A stretch of DNA of 64,000 nucleotides, from NCBI GenBank assembly GCA_020053795.1, contig JAGVMN010000007.1:31248-95247 (forward strand). The letters are read 5' to 3'. Origin of the DNA: Bacteroidia bacterium. GTDB taxonomy: Bacteria > Bacteroidota > Bacteroidia > NS11-12g > UBA9320. This document shows, piece after piece, positions 29,595 through 38,221 of the stretch. The number at the start of each line of letters is the position of its first letter. The stretch's first letter is position 1. The notes under the pieces were generated by a model that had not been told where the DNA came from, searched no databases, and worked only from the letters and a program-made list of their open reading frames with translations. Both the position numbers and the translations under genes were made by a program.

Positions 29595-30111
29595 TTAAGG
29601 TATAATGCATGGGCATTAAATTTCTCAAGGGTGTTTCAATTGCATTTAATTCCAGAATTTGAAAGTTACTAAAAAGAGAACGTAAACCATACTCAGTAAA
29701 TCTCCAACAATCGGGTAGGGGGCCATGTATTCTAAAATTAAAAGGAACAGATACGAAAATAAGACCTTCTGGTTTTAAGACTCTTCGAAGTTCGTTCACT
29801 GCATCAAAAGGTCTCAAAGTATGCTCTAAAACCTCTGTGCAAAGAATATAATCAAAATGATTATCTGGAATAGTTTTGTCGTTTGATTCACAAATGTCTG
29901 CGATATAATCACTATCCGATAGGGGATTAATATCTAGAGTATAAATAGATGACAAATGGAAAAACTATTTGGCCCCTAAATGTTCTTGCGGAGCAATATC
30001 CAAAAGTGATGTCCCGGTTTTGTCATATTTTCCACTACAATCCTTTATGAAATTAGAGACATTGGCTCTGATTAATTGTAAATGTTTAATATCAAGTTCG
30101 CTAACCATCAT
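29560..30111 (-). pseudogene. Class I methyltransferase interrupted by an in-frame TAG
   Basis: Frame continues upstream of the listed ORF: MMVSELD...LLDIAPQEHLGAK*FFHLSSIYTLDI...CTEVLEH; TAG at 29965-29967 (codon 49). Confidence 0.8.
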
Positions 30112-30177
30112 TTTATGCTGAGAAATAAAATAATGACCTTACTTGTTCACTCTGCCAAAAGCGGGCATTGAGGGTGG

Positions 30178-31452
30178 TCAAACTTTCCAAACAAGCAGAG
30201 ATTCAATAGCATCTAAGCCAAAAACCGGGATATGCAATTCATCAAATACCTCTTTTCGCTCGGCAAACGAATCGTCAATAAGAATGGCACTTTTACCATC
30301 TATTAATGAACTCTTTTTCTGATCCTTGCCAACTAATTTGATTTCATTGAAGAGCATTTCACTAATAGCAAATTTCGCAAGTGTTTTAGAAATTTCACTC
30401 TTATGTCTGGATAAAAGGACTATGCGTTTACCCATATTGCGTGCCTGATAAAGAAATTTAATAACCTCAGTATTGACCTCGTTATTCACTATGATGGTAT
30501 CGTCAAGGTCTATATATACATCTGAGAATTGCTCCTTAATCCAGAATCTGGCAAATAAGGCACGATCAATTTCAATATCCAGTTTGTTATCCAGAATTTC
30601 CACCTTAATTCCCATTCGGTCAAACAGACTTAATTGTATAAAATTTATTCCCGAAACCCTGAATAGACCCATTGTACCTGCTATTCGCGGAGCAATTTCC
30701 ATCAATACCAGTTCACCATTTGTCCGTTCTTTGACTTGAAAGAACCAAACACCCTGAAACGAAAGAGTCTGATTTATTATTTCGGCCAATTCCTGAAATT
30801 TAGAATTTACAGTAAGTTTAGAGTTAACACTAATGCCATTGTAAATCCTCTTTCTTTCTCTTCCTTCTGCAAACAAAAGAGTACCATTTCTATTAGTAAA
30901 GCAGTCAACGGTATATTCTTTCCCTGGCAGGTATTCCAGGGCAAGAAGGGTTGGGTCTTTCTTGAAATAGAAGTCAACTTCATCCTTTGTGGTTATTTTG
31001 TAGGTACCTTTTGAGCCTTTTCCTTTATCTGGTTTCATGAAAATAGGAAAATTCATTTTTTCAGGCAATTCATAAACTCTGGGAGTTGGTATGAGTGGTT
31101 TGAATAATTCATAAGTTTTTCTTTTTGACCGGCAAACTTGACAGGTTTCGGCACTTGACGTTATAACTGTAGCTTTGATCTTACTTTGATGTTCGGCCAT
31201 TTTCAGGACAACTGAATCATCAGCCGGTATTACAAAATCAATAAGATTTTCAAGAATAATTTTATTTAATTCATCAATGAAATTTGGTTCTTCAATATAT
31301 GGGATACCTCCTATGTAGTTTTTAAAAACAAATTTACCATGGTCGTCAACACTGCTTCCACCATATAGATTGAAATGGATAGAATGGGCCAATGCCCGAT
31401 TAATTTCTAAACCGATTTCAGAACCACAAGGAAAGATCAAGACATTTTTCAC
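30178..31452 (-). CDS. ATP-grasp domain protein with HAD-like C-terminal domain
   Basis: KPDKGKGSKG, EYLPGKEYTVD, MEIAPR; C-terminal DLDDT and IDDSFAER. Confidence 0.8.
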   Translation of the reverse strand: MKNVLIFPCGSEIGLEINRALAHSIHFNLYGGSSVDDHGKFVFKNYIGGIPYIEEPNFIDELNKIILENLIDFVIPADDSVVLKMAEHQSKIKATVITSSAETCQVCRSKRKTYELFKPLIPTPRVYELPEKMNFPIFMKPDKGKGSKGTYKITTKDEVDFYFKKDPTLLALEYLPGKEYTVDCFTNRNGTLLFAEGRERKRIYNGISVNSKLTVNSKFQELAEIINQTLSFQGVWFFQVKERTNGELVLMEIAPRIAGTMGLFRVSGINFIQLSLFDRMGIKVEILDNKLDIEIDRALFARFWIKEQFSDVYIDLDDTIIVNNEVNTEVIKFLYQARNMGKRIVLLSRHKSEISKTLAKFAISEMLFNEIKLVGKDQKKSSLIDGKSAILIDDSFAERKEVFDELHIPVFGLDAIESLLVWKV

Positions 31453-31475
31453 GCAGTTAAAAATTTTATTTTAGC

Positions 31476-32135
31476 TCAATAAACATCGATACTCAGCTTG
31501 CCTTCGCTTTTTTTTGCCGGGTTCCCAATATAAACACCCCATTCTTCTGTATTCTTTGTAATACTGGCTCCCATGGCCACCAAGGTTCCTTTAGCCAAAT
31601 GGGTAAAATCTCTTACCGTAGCGTTTACACCAAGAAAACAATAAGGCTCTACAATACAATGCCCTGATAAAACAACATGAGAGGTAAAGAACACATGATC
31701 CATAATTATTCCGTGATGACCAATATGATTACCGCTCCAGAGAACTACATTGTTGCCTATTGTTGTAAATGGTTGAATGGTGTTATCCTCCAAAATAAAG
31801 CAATTATCTCCTATCAATGCGTCGCTAAGTACCGTGGCCTTTGAACTAATATAAGAAATGAGTTCATAACCTTTTTGCTTGGCACTTAAATAGATTTTTT
31901 CTCTCAGGGTATTCATTTTTCTTCCTGTCATCGGGGCAAAGAACTTATAATCTTCTGGCGGAAATATAGTCTCAACATCTTCAAATGCTACGACCGGAAG
32001 TCCCTTAAAATCAGTTATAGTCATGTACTCCCTGTTAACCGTAAATGCCACCACTTCATGCTCGGTGTCATGTGTCAGATAGAAATGAGCCAATTCAGCC
32101 GTATCCAGAATACCAAAAATGATAATCTTAGCCAT
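31476..32135 (-). CDS. Hexapeptide-repeat sugar acyltransferase (NeuD/PglD/VioB-like)
   Basis: Left-handed beta-helix repeats, IGHH catalytic His, GNPAK. Confidence 0.88.
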   Translation of the reverse strand: MAKIIIFGILDTAELAHFYLTHDTEHEVVAFTVNREYMTITDFKGLPVVAFEDVETIFPPEDYKFFAPMTGRKMNTLREKIYLSAKQKGYELISYISSKATVLSDALIGDNCFILEDNTIQPFTTIGNNVVLWSGNHIGHHGIIMDHVFFTSHVVLSGHCIVEPYCFLGVNATVRDFTHLAKGTLVAMGASITKNTEEWGVYIGNPAKKSEGKLSIDVY

Positions 32136-32834
32136 TTATATGAGATTGTATTTGCCCAAAAGTACTTTAGTATCTGCCGGGCTGTTAAACATCAGTACGT
32201 CTATCATCGAAAGCCCGGAGACAAAATCATTGTTGAATTGCTTGTACTCAATGGGCCCTGTTTTAAGAAAATAAAGTTCTATTTGTTTGGTTGCAAATTG
32301 CTCCTTTGTATATAACTGAATTCCTCCAATGGGGTTGACACACACATTTGCTTTCAAGGTTTGACATATTGTAGCCATTCGATCCCAATTTCTCAAATCT
32401 TTTATATAGCCAAAAGCAGAACTGAGATAGATCACCGGTTTAATTTGCAAATAGTCGAGAACCCTGATGATACTCATGGTTGTGAGGTCTAGCAAGCGGG
32501 TTCGGCGGCTGTCTATTATTTCATGAATTAATTCAATGGTTTTAAGGTAATAAGGGGCCTTTTTATACGAGGCTTCTAAAGTTTTATAGAATTTATTTTT
32601 CCAGCGATCGTCAATAGCATGTTGAAGATCAGAAATTTGATGATTTTGAGACGCATTGTGAACGGGTACTGTAAATAGATGCTTCTGCCCGTTCACTAAA
32701 ATATTATTTCTGTTAATCCAACCACGATTAATGTAACTGGCATCATCAAGTATAACAAAACAATCACAAGCCATAAATAATTGATAATAGCCAATATAGG
32801 GAAAGAAATAAGGCTGCATGATCGTGGCTTTCAT
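32136..32834 (-). CDS. WbqC family protein
   Basis: IMQPYFFPYIGYYQL, WINRN, NPIGG, LSMIDVLM. Confidence 0.9.
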   Translation of the reverse strand: MKATIMQPYFFPYIGYYQLFMACDCFVILDDASYINRGWINRNNILVNGQKHLFTVPVHNASQNHQISDLQHAIDDRWKNKFYKTLEASYKKAPYYLKTIELIHEIIDSRRTRLLDLTTMSIIRVLDYLQIKPVIYLSSAFGYIKDLRNWDRMATICQTLKANVCVNPIGGIQLYTKEQFATKQIELYFLKTGPIEYKQFNNDFVSGLSMIDVLMFNSPADTKVLLGKYNLI

Positions 32835-32835
32835 T

Positions 32836-33915
32836 CTAGTAATTTTGGGCTCTCAATAGAGTGCGGGCTATCATGTCTGTTTCCTCTATACTCAAATCAT
32901 GGAATATTGGTAGGCAAAGTATTCTTGAGGCTATTGAATCTGAAATTGGTGTACTTGATTTCCTCACATAATCCAGCAAAGACAATGAGGGATAGAAATA
33001 TCGTCTTGGAAAAATCTCTATCTTCTCCAGTTCTTTGATTGCCTTAATCACTGCACTTTCATTCTCGAACACAAATGGATAATAAGCAAAGTTATATTCT
33101 GAATCTTTTTGGACAATAATAGTATTACCCCTGAGGTTTTTTAATGCCTGGTCGTAATAATTGTGTTGTTCTTTTCGCCGACGAAGTATGGCATCAATTT
33201 GCTTTAAAACGCACAAACCCATAGCAGCATGAAATTCGGAATTTTTTGCATTGATTCCAACCCCATCAAATTTAGCAACACCATCATGACCAAAGTTTCG
33301 CATTAACCACATTCTTTTCAAAACATCGGGGTTCCGTGTAAAAACCGCCCCTCCTTCTATTGTATGAAAAAGCTTGGTGGCATGAAAACTTGAGGTGCTG
33401 ATATCGCCATAGTTGAAAATACTTTTTCCTTTGTACCTGGTACCGAAACAATGAGCAGCATCATAAATTACTTTAAGATGATGTTTTTTGGCTATGGAAT
33501 CTATTGCTTCTATATCACAGGAATTGCCAAAACAATGAGTGGCCAGAATTGCTGAAGTAGATGAAGTGATGGCCGATTCAATCTTTTTTGGATCAATATT
33601 GAATGTATTGGGGTCAATGTCAGTAAAAACAGGTGTGCAGCCTTCCCATACAATGGAACTGGTTGTGGCCACATAACTGAAAGGGGTTGTAATGATTTCG
33701 CCCTTAAGCCCTAATGCTTTTATGGCAATCTGAATGGCCAATGTGCCGTTACTTAAGAAAAGCAAATGAGGCACATCTAAATACTCTTTCAGTTTCAATT
33801 CCAACTCATTGACCAGGGGGCCATTATTCGTGAGCCAATTGCGTTGCCAGATTCCCTGCAGATAATACTGATATTGTTCGAATGGAGGTAAAAAGGGTTT
33901 AGTTACGGGTATCAT
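32836..33915 (-). CDS. DegT-family aminotransferase (VioA-like, dTDP-4-amino-4,6-dideoxyglucose)
   Basis: IPVTKPFLP, WLTNNGP, SFHATKLFHTIEGG, PRRYFYP. Confidence 0.85.
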   Translation of the reverse strand: MIPVTKPFLPPFEQYQYYLQGIWQRNWLTNNGPLVNELELKLKEYLDVPHLLFLSNGTLAIQIAIKALGLKGEIITTPFSYVATTSSIVWEGCTPVFTDIDPNTFNIDPKKIESAITSSTSAILATHCFGNSCDIEAIDSIAKKHHLKVIYDAAHCFGTRYKGKSIFNYGDISTSSFHATKLFHTIEGGAVFTRNPDVLKRMWLMRNFGHDGVAKFDGVGINAKNSEFHAAMGLCVLKQIDAILRRRKEQHNYYDQALKNLRGNTIIVQKDSEYNFAYYPFVFENESAVIKAIKELEKIEIFPRRYFYPSLSLLDYVRKSSTPISDSIASRILCLPIFHDLSIEETDMIARTLLRAQNY

Positions 33916-35188
33916 TTTGTGTTTGATTAATTTCCCATGAGACGTTGCTGAGTTTTAATACTCCTTCCTTGTTGCCCATCCAACCCAAAAGTCCATTTGG
34001 GGCCGGCAAAAGATCGAAAGAAATACTGTCTTTAACATCAATAAGTGCATGGCCTTTATTTAAAACAAGAAGTAAACGACTGACCGAGTATGTTCCTTCA
34101 TTGAGTACATTTCGAGGGAAAACAGAATGCATTTCAACAAACCCGCCACCAAGTTTTTCATGCTCTATAAAAGCCGAACTGCCTACATAAACCAAAGTTC
34201 CCATCTCATCAACGAGATGATAGGTGAGGTCTATTTGCTGACCGGGCTTTTTTATCCAGGCTGTTAGTTTGAAATGGATTTCGTCTGAAGTGTAAAACAC
34301 CTTAGAATTATCCTGCTTTCCGTTAGTAACAGTGGCCTCTAAAAATTTGTAGTCTTCATTGCCAGGAGCCTTTTCAAACTCCCAACTGATTCTGTTGTTG
34401 GATGAGAGATAGTTTTTCAGGTATTCGTGAACCATGTCATGTGTTTGGCCTTGTGCAACCAAATGGCCATGCTTTAAAATAATGGCTGATGTGCACAGGT
34501 TTTGGAGAGCCTCCATATTGTGACTGACAAAGAGAACGGTTCGGCCATGACCTGAAACATCCTGCATTTTACCCAGACATTTCTTCTGAAATTCCGCATC
34601 ACCTACTGCCAACACTTCGTCTATTACCAATATTTCAGGTTCCAGATGAGCCGCTACACTAAAGCCCAATCTTACATTCATTCCAGACGAATAGAATTTC
34701 ACCGGTGTGTCAATATGTTGTTCAACCCCGCTGAAGTCTATTATTTCATCAAGTTTTGAATCTATCTCGCGACGTGTCATCCCCAGAATGGTTCCGTTCA
34801 TATAAATGTTCTCCCTCCCGGTCAGTTCTTTATGAAAACCGGTACCTACTTCAAGCAATGCCGCAATTCTACCCTGAATGGTAATTTTACCCGAACTGGG
34901 TTCAGTAATTCTTGAAAGAATCTTAAGCAATGTGCTTTTGCCGGCTCCGTTGTGACCAATAATTCCAAGGACATCGCCTTGCTCAACTTCAAAATTTATA
35001 TCATTCAAAGCCCAGAATACCGAATCCTTTTCACTTTCAAGATTGGTAAGTGACATCAGGGTTTTAAAGTTTCTGACAGGGGCTCCCATTATGTAACCAA
35101 TTTGTCCAAACAGGGTGTCTTTTTTTACTTCACGTTTACCCAGACGGTAGCGTTTCGACAAATTTTCAACTTTGATTACAGACGTCAT
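33899..35188 (-). CDS. wzt: Polysaccharide ABC transporter ATP-binding protein with C-terminal domain
   Basis: GHNGAGKST Walker A, YSSGM signature, DEVLAVGD, Wzt_C-like extension. Confidence 0.92.
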   Translation of the reverse strand: MTSVIKVENLSKRYRLGKREVKKDTLFGQIGYIMGAPVRNFKTLMSLTNLESEKDSVFWALNDINFEVEQGDVLGIIGHNGAGKSTLLKILSRITEPSSGKITIQGRIAALLEVGTGFHKELTGRENIYMNGTILGMTRREIDSKLDEIIDFSGVEQHIDTPVKFYSSGMNVRLGFSVAAHLEPEILVIDEVLAVGDAEFQKKCLGKMQDVSGHGRTVLFVSHNMEALQNLCTSAIILKHGHLVAQGQTHDMVHEYLKNYLSSNNRISWEFEKAPGNEDYKFLEATVTNGKQDNSKVFYTSDEIHFKLTAWIKKPGQQIDLTYHLVDEMGTLVYVGSSAFIEHEKLGGGFVEMHSVFPRNVLNEGTYSVSRLLLVLNKGHALIDVKDSISFDLLPAPNGLLGWMGNKEGVLKLSNVSWEINQTQNDTRN

Positions 35189-35224
35189 AAATTAACTGAT
35201 TCTATTGAAGAGGTGTTTATCGTA

Positions 35225-36058
35225 TTAGGCCACATCGGCAAATATTTTTTCCATTCGCTTAAAATAGAAAGCCCCGAAAACGAAGATAATAACCGAAATG
35301 ACTCCACCGGTTAGTATCCAATCCCAGGGCATCGGTTGCGTTGAAAGAAACATGGAACGGAATCCTTCAATAACACCTACCATGGGATTAAGACTATACC
35401 AAAACTGATACTTTACTGGGATGGATGAGGATGCATACACGACCGGTGCAGCATACAAAAGGATTTGAACCAAAAAACCAATGGCATGTTTTACATCGCG
35501 ATATTGCACTGCCATAGCCGAAAGTATCATTCCCAAGCCAAGCGAAAACATGATCATTATTATCATCAAAATTGGCAGGAAGACTACCTCCCACGAGGGT
35601 GTTAGGCCAAAGTAAAATAAAAGAGCAATGAGCAGTAAAAACGCGATGGCAAAGTCCAACAGCTTTGCAAATGCTGCTGAGATAGGTAAAATCAATCTTG
35701 GGAAATAAACTTTGGTGATCATGTTTGAATTTGAAACCAGACTATTGGCGGCTTCAGTCAGGGTATTCGAAAAATAACTCCAGGGCAACATGGCCGCAAA
35801 ACTGAAAATAAGGTAGGGTGCACCATCTGAACTTATCTGAGCAACGTTCCCAAAAACAATTGTAAAGATGAGGGTTGTGAAAAGTGGTTGAATAATCGCC
35901 CAACTAATACCCAATATGGATTGGGCATACCGGGCCTTTATTCCTCTGACGACCATGTAGTACAACAAATCCTGGTATCGGATCAACTCACGCCAGTCTA
36001 TTAATTGCCATCCTTTTGAGGGCTCGATTACCTGAATTTTTGTGGCTGGTGTGTTCAT
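35225..36058 (-). CDS. wzm: Polysaccharide ABC transporter permease
   Basis: RYAQSILGISW, KVYFPR, YRDV, LNPM; start taken at the ATG overlapping the upstream stop. Confidence 0.92.
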   Translation of the reverse strand: MNTPATKIQVIEPSKGWQLIDWRELIRYQDLLYYMVVRGIKARYAQSILGISWAIIQPLFTTLIFTIVFGNVAQISSDGAPYLIFSFAAMLPWSYFSNTLTEAANSLVSNSNMITKVYFPRLILPISAAFAKLLDFAIAFLLLIALLFYFGLTPSWEVVFLPILMIIMIMFSLGLGMILSAMAVQYRDVKHAIGFLVQILLYAAPVVYASSSIPVKYQFWYSLNPMVGVIEGFRSMFLSTQPMPWDWILTGGVISVIIFVFGAFYFKRMEKIFADVA

Positions 36059-36582
36059 GCTGATTTCCAAAGGAGTAGTAAGGGTTGTGGTTCCTGATTT
36101 ATTTTGTTGAGGTCTTCCATGGCATAGGTCACGTATCGAATTTTTCTGCTGATTAACTTTTCAGCTTTTTCGACAAGCTGGCTGAGGTATTGGCGGTCTA
36201 TATTCCCGACAAGAATGATGTCTATAATATTGCTGTCGGAACCTTTGGCAAAGCTGCCACTCAGATAAACCAACTCAAGATTGCCCAGATTTTCGATTAC
36301 ATTCTCAACAACCTTATCAATGCCTACATGTTTCAGCAGTATATTATTGATGTCTTTGAACAACGGGTGTTTAGTATTGGCTTTGAAAAGTTTTTTGTTT
36401 CCCTCTAACTCCGTCGTCAGCAGACCCGCATCTTCAAAGCGATTTAGCTCAACCCGAATGGCATTGCTCGATTCCCCAAATTCCTCTTCAAGCCCGCGTA
36501 AATAAGAGGTGGTCTTACTGTTTAAGAAGAATTTAAGCAGCAGTTTTACTCTTGTTTTTGATGTGATGAGTGTGTCGAGCAA
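36055..36582 (-). CDS. Winged-HTH regulator with C-terminal nucleotidyltransferase-like domain
   Basis: SKTRVKLL..FF, YLRGL..EF.ESSNAIRVELNRFE (wHTH); LSGSFAKG...IDIILVG (NTase-like). Confidence 0.75.
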   Translation of the reverse strand: MLDTLITSKTRVKLLLKFFLNSKTTSYLRGLEEEFGESSNAIRVELNRFEDAGLLTTELEGNKKLFKANTKHPLFKDINNILLKHVGIDKVVENVIENLGNLELVYLSGSFAKGSDSNIIDIILVGNIDRQYLSQLVEKAEKLISRKIRYVTYAMEDLNKINQEPQPLLLLWKSA

Positions 36583-36721
36583 TGGGTTGTTGGTGAATGA
36601 GGCTACGAGGAGTGCAACTTTTGGGGCGATAAACTATCAATCGTAAACAAATATGGTTGAAAGAATGCACTTCCCAAGTTTCGGTTTGGCTATTGATTTT
36701 GGGTGCTGTTAGCGTTAGTTT

Positions 36722-37063
36722 TTATTCTTTCCCGAGGACTTCAGAAATTTGCTCGAACAGTTCAGGAATTTTATTTTTAACAACGTCCCAAACTATTAAG
36801 TAGTTTACTCCCATGTAGTCGTGAATTAATCTGTCTCTCATTCCTGCAATATTTTTCCATGTAATTGAACTCCATTTAACTTTGAAATCTGCAGGAATCT
36901 TTTTTGATGCTTCTCCAATAATCTCAAGGCTTCTTACAACAGCTCTCTTTAAGGTCTCATCTTGCAAAAACTTCTCTTTTGAAACTTTAGAGTCAATAAC
37001 CGACAAAACAAAAGAGCATTCATCCCGAATGTGTTTGACATATTCGAGTGGGTCCTTAGGCAT
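36722..37063 (-). CDS. HepT-like HEPN ribonuclease toxin (DUF86)
   Basis: LEIIGEASK and GMRDRLIHDY (RX4HXY motif). Confidence 0.92.
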   Translation of the reverse strand: MPKDPLEYVKHIRDECSFVLSVIDSKVSKEKFLQDETLKRAVVRSLEIIGEASKKIPADFKVKWSSITWKNIAGMRDRLIHDYMGVNYLIVWDVVKNKIPELFEQISEVLGKE

Positions 37064-37352
37064 AAATTACTTCGTTCAAAATTTTTGGCCCGATATAAGG
37101 GCTTAAACCATTCCTCGTAACAACCTCAACTCTTTCATGTTTGAACAAGTTCTCAAAAAGGTCGCATACGGCCATATAATTGTCGAAACTCTCTTTCCCA
37201 GGGTGGAAGTCAATTAATAAATCAATATCACTCTTGACCGACTGTTCGTTTCTCAGATAGGAGCCAAATAATCCAACATTAGAAATCCCAAGCCGTGACA
37301 GTTCAGATTTGTGAATTTTAATTTGTTCCAAAATATTCTCCTTCGTTGTCAT
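37056..37352 (-). CDS. MntA-like minimal nucleotidyltransferase antitoxin
   Basis: LFGSYLRNEQ..KSDIDLL (GSX10DXD); overlaps the HepT gene; TAATTTTG -7 element at 37368-37375. Confidence 0.9.
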   Translation of the reverse strand: MTTKENILEQIKIHKSELSRLGISNVGLFGSYLRNEQSVKSDIDLLIDFHPGKESFDNYMAVCDLFENLFKHERVEVVTRNGLSPYIGPKILNEVIYA

Positions 37353-37399
37353 GCTCAAACTGCGAATCAAAATTACAAAATTTGCTTAAAAGATGTTGT

Positions 37400-37531
37400 G
37401 GTCAAGGGTTCGGGGGTTTGCTATGGCAGGGAGTTTTAACACTAAACTTCATTCGGAGAACTGAACTTCCACCTTGAACTAATGTGTCTGCGAAACACGG
37501 AACCCCAGCTATTGCAAACCCCTTGTTAGCA
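37400..37531 (-). repeat. attC-like imperfect palindrome (putative cassette recombination site)
   Basis: Minus strand TGCTAAC-AA-GGGGTTTGCAATAGCTGGGG...CCCTGCCATAGCAAACCCC-CGAACC-CTTGACC; arms about 37412-37435 and 37501-37522. Confidence 0.55.
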
Positions 37532-38135
37532 GCAGTAATTCATTCAATAATTGTGAATTACCGAAATCTGTTTCTGTTATTTCATTTGTCTGAATGTCTA
37601 ATGTTTTCCATAGCCCAATTTTTTTTCCATTGAAGTAAACTCCCTTTTCAAAAGTTAATCGATCACATTGAAGATATGTCGCAATCCCTATATGTTGATC
37701 TTTATATTTAAGTCCTCGGTAAGTATGTAAAGCCCCCTTTTTAACTAACTCAATATTTTTTATTGGACAAGTTTCTCCATTAGCCATGTACTCAGTGGAT
37801 GGAGATTGATAGTAAAAGGCAACAGTATCTGATCTGTCTTTAGTAATTCCAATAGCTTTGACTCTTTCACCCTTAAAGTAGAAAAATTGATCAATGTATA
37901 TTTCTGTTGAATCTGTTGATATTGAATCATAGTCCAAAGCGTTAACCTCATTTATAGTTTTTATTCTTTGGTTTTTTGTCCAAACCTCTATCTCAGTATT
38001 GATTTCCAAATTATTGATTCCAATTGGATTTAAATCTTCTTCAGCTGGTGTGATAATCGCTTTGGTTTCATTATAACTTTGACAAGAAGCAAGAAATACT
38101 AGGATGCTAATCGTGATTGAAAGTTTCATTCTCAT
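37509..38135 (-). CDS. Hypothetical lipoprotein (putative gene cassette)
   Basis: Signal peptide with lipobox LASC; AT-rich; C-terminal EKGVYFNGKKIGLW resembles a MORN-variant repeat. Confidence 0.65.
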   Translation of the reverse strand: MRMKLSITISILVFLASCQSYNETKAIITPAEEDLNPIGINNLEINTEIEVWTKNQRIKTINEVNALDYDSISTDSTEIYIDQFFYFKGERVKAIGITKDRSDTVAFYYQSPSTEYMANGETCPIKNIELVKKGALHTYRGLKYKDQHIGIATYLQCDRLTFEKGVYFNGKKIGLWKTLDIQTNEITETDFGNSQLLNELLLLTRGLQ

Positions 38136-38138
38136 TTT

Positions 38139-38155
38139 TGCTAACTTGTTTATTT
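38139..38155 (-). other. attI-like site
   Basis: Minus strand AAATAAACAAGTTAGCA, 3 nt before the lipoprotein ATG; resembles the class 1 attI core TAAAACAAAGTT. Confidence 0.4.
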
Positions 38156-38171
38156 CAGTAACTACAGCCTC

Positions 38172-38213
38172 AAAAACTTCTCCAATCCCACAATATCAAA
38201 AGGAATTGGAGAA
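38172..38213 (-). terminator. Putative terminator after the acyl-CoA synthetase gene
   Basis: TTCTCCAAT/ATTGGAGAA stem followed by GTTTTT on the minus strand. Confidence 0.55.
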
Positions 38214-38221
38214 AGTGTGCT

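Noticed and set aside
29965..29967. Genome-wide TAG recoding (alternative genetic code or pyrrolysine)
   Set aside because: TAG terminates intact genes at expected lengths (wecE, thermonuclease, PyrR-like), and no pyl genes are in the window.
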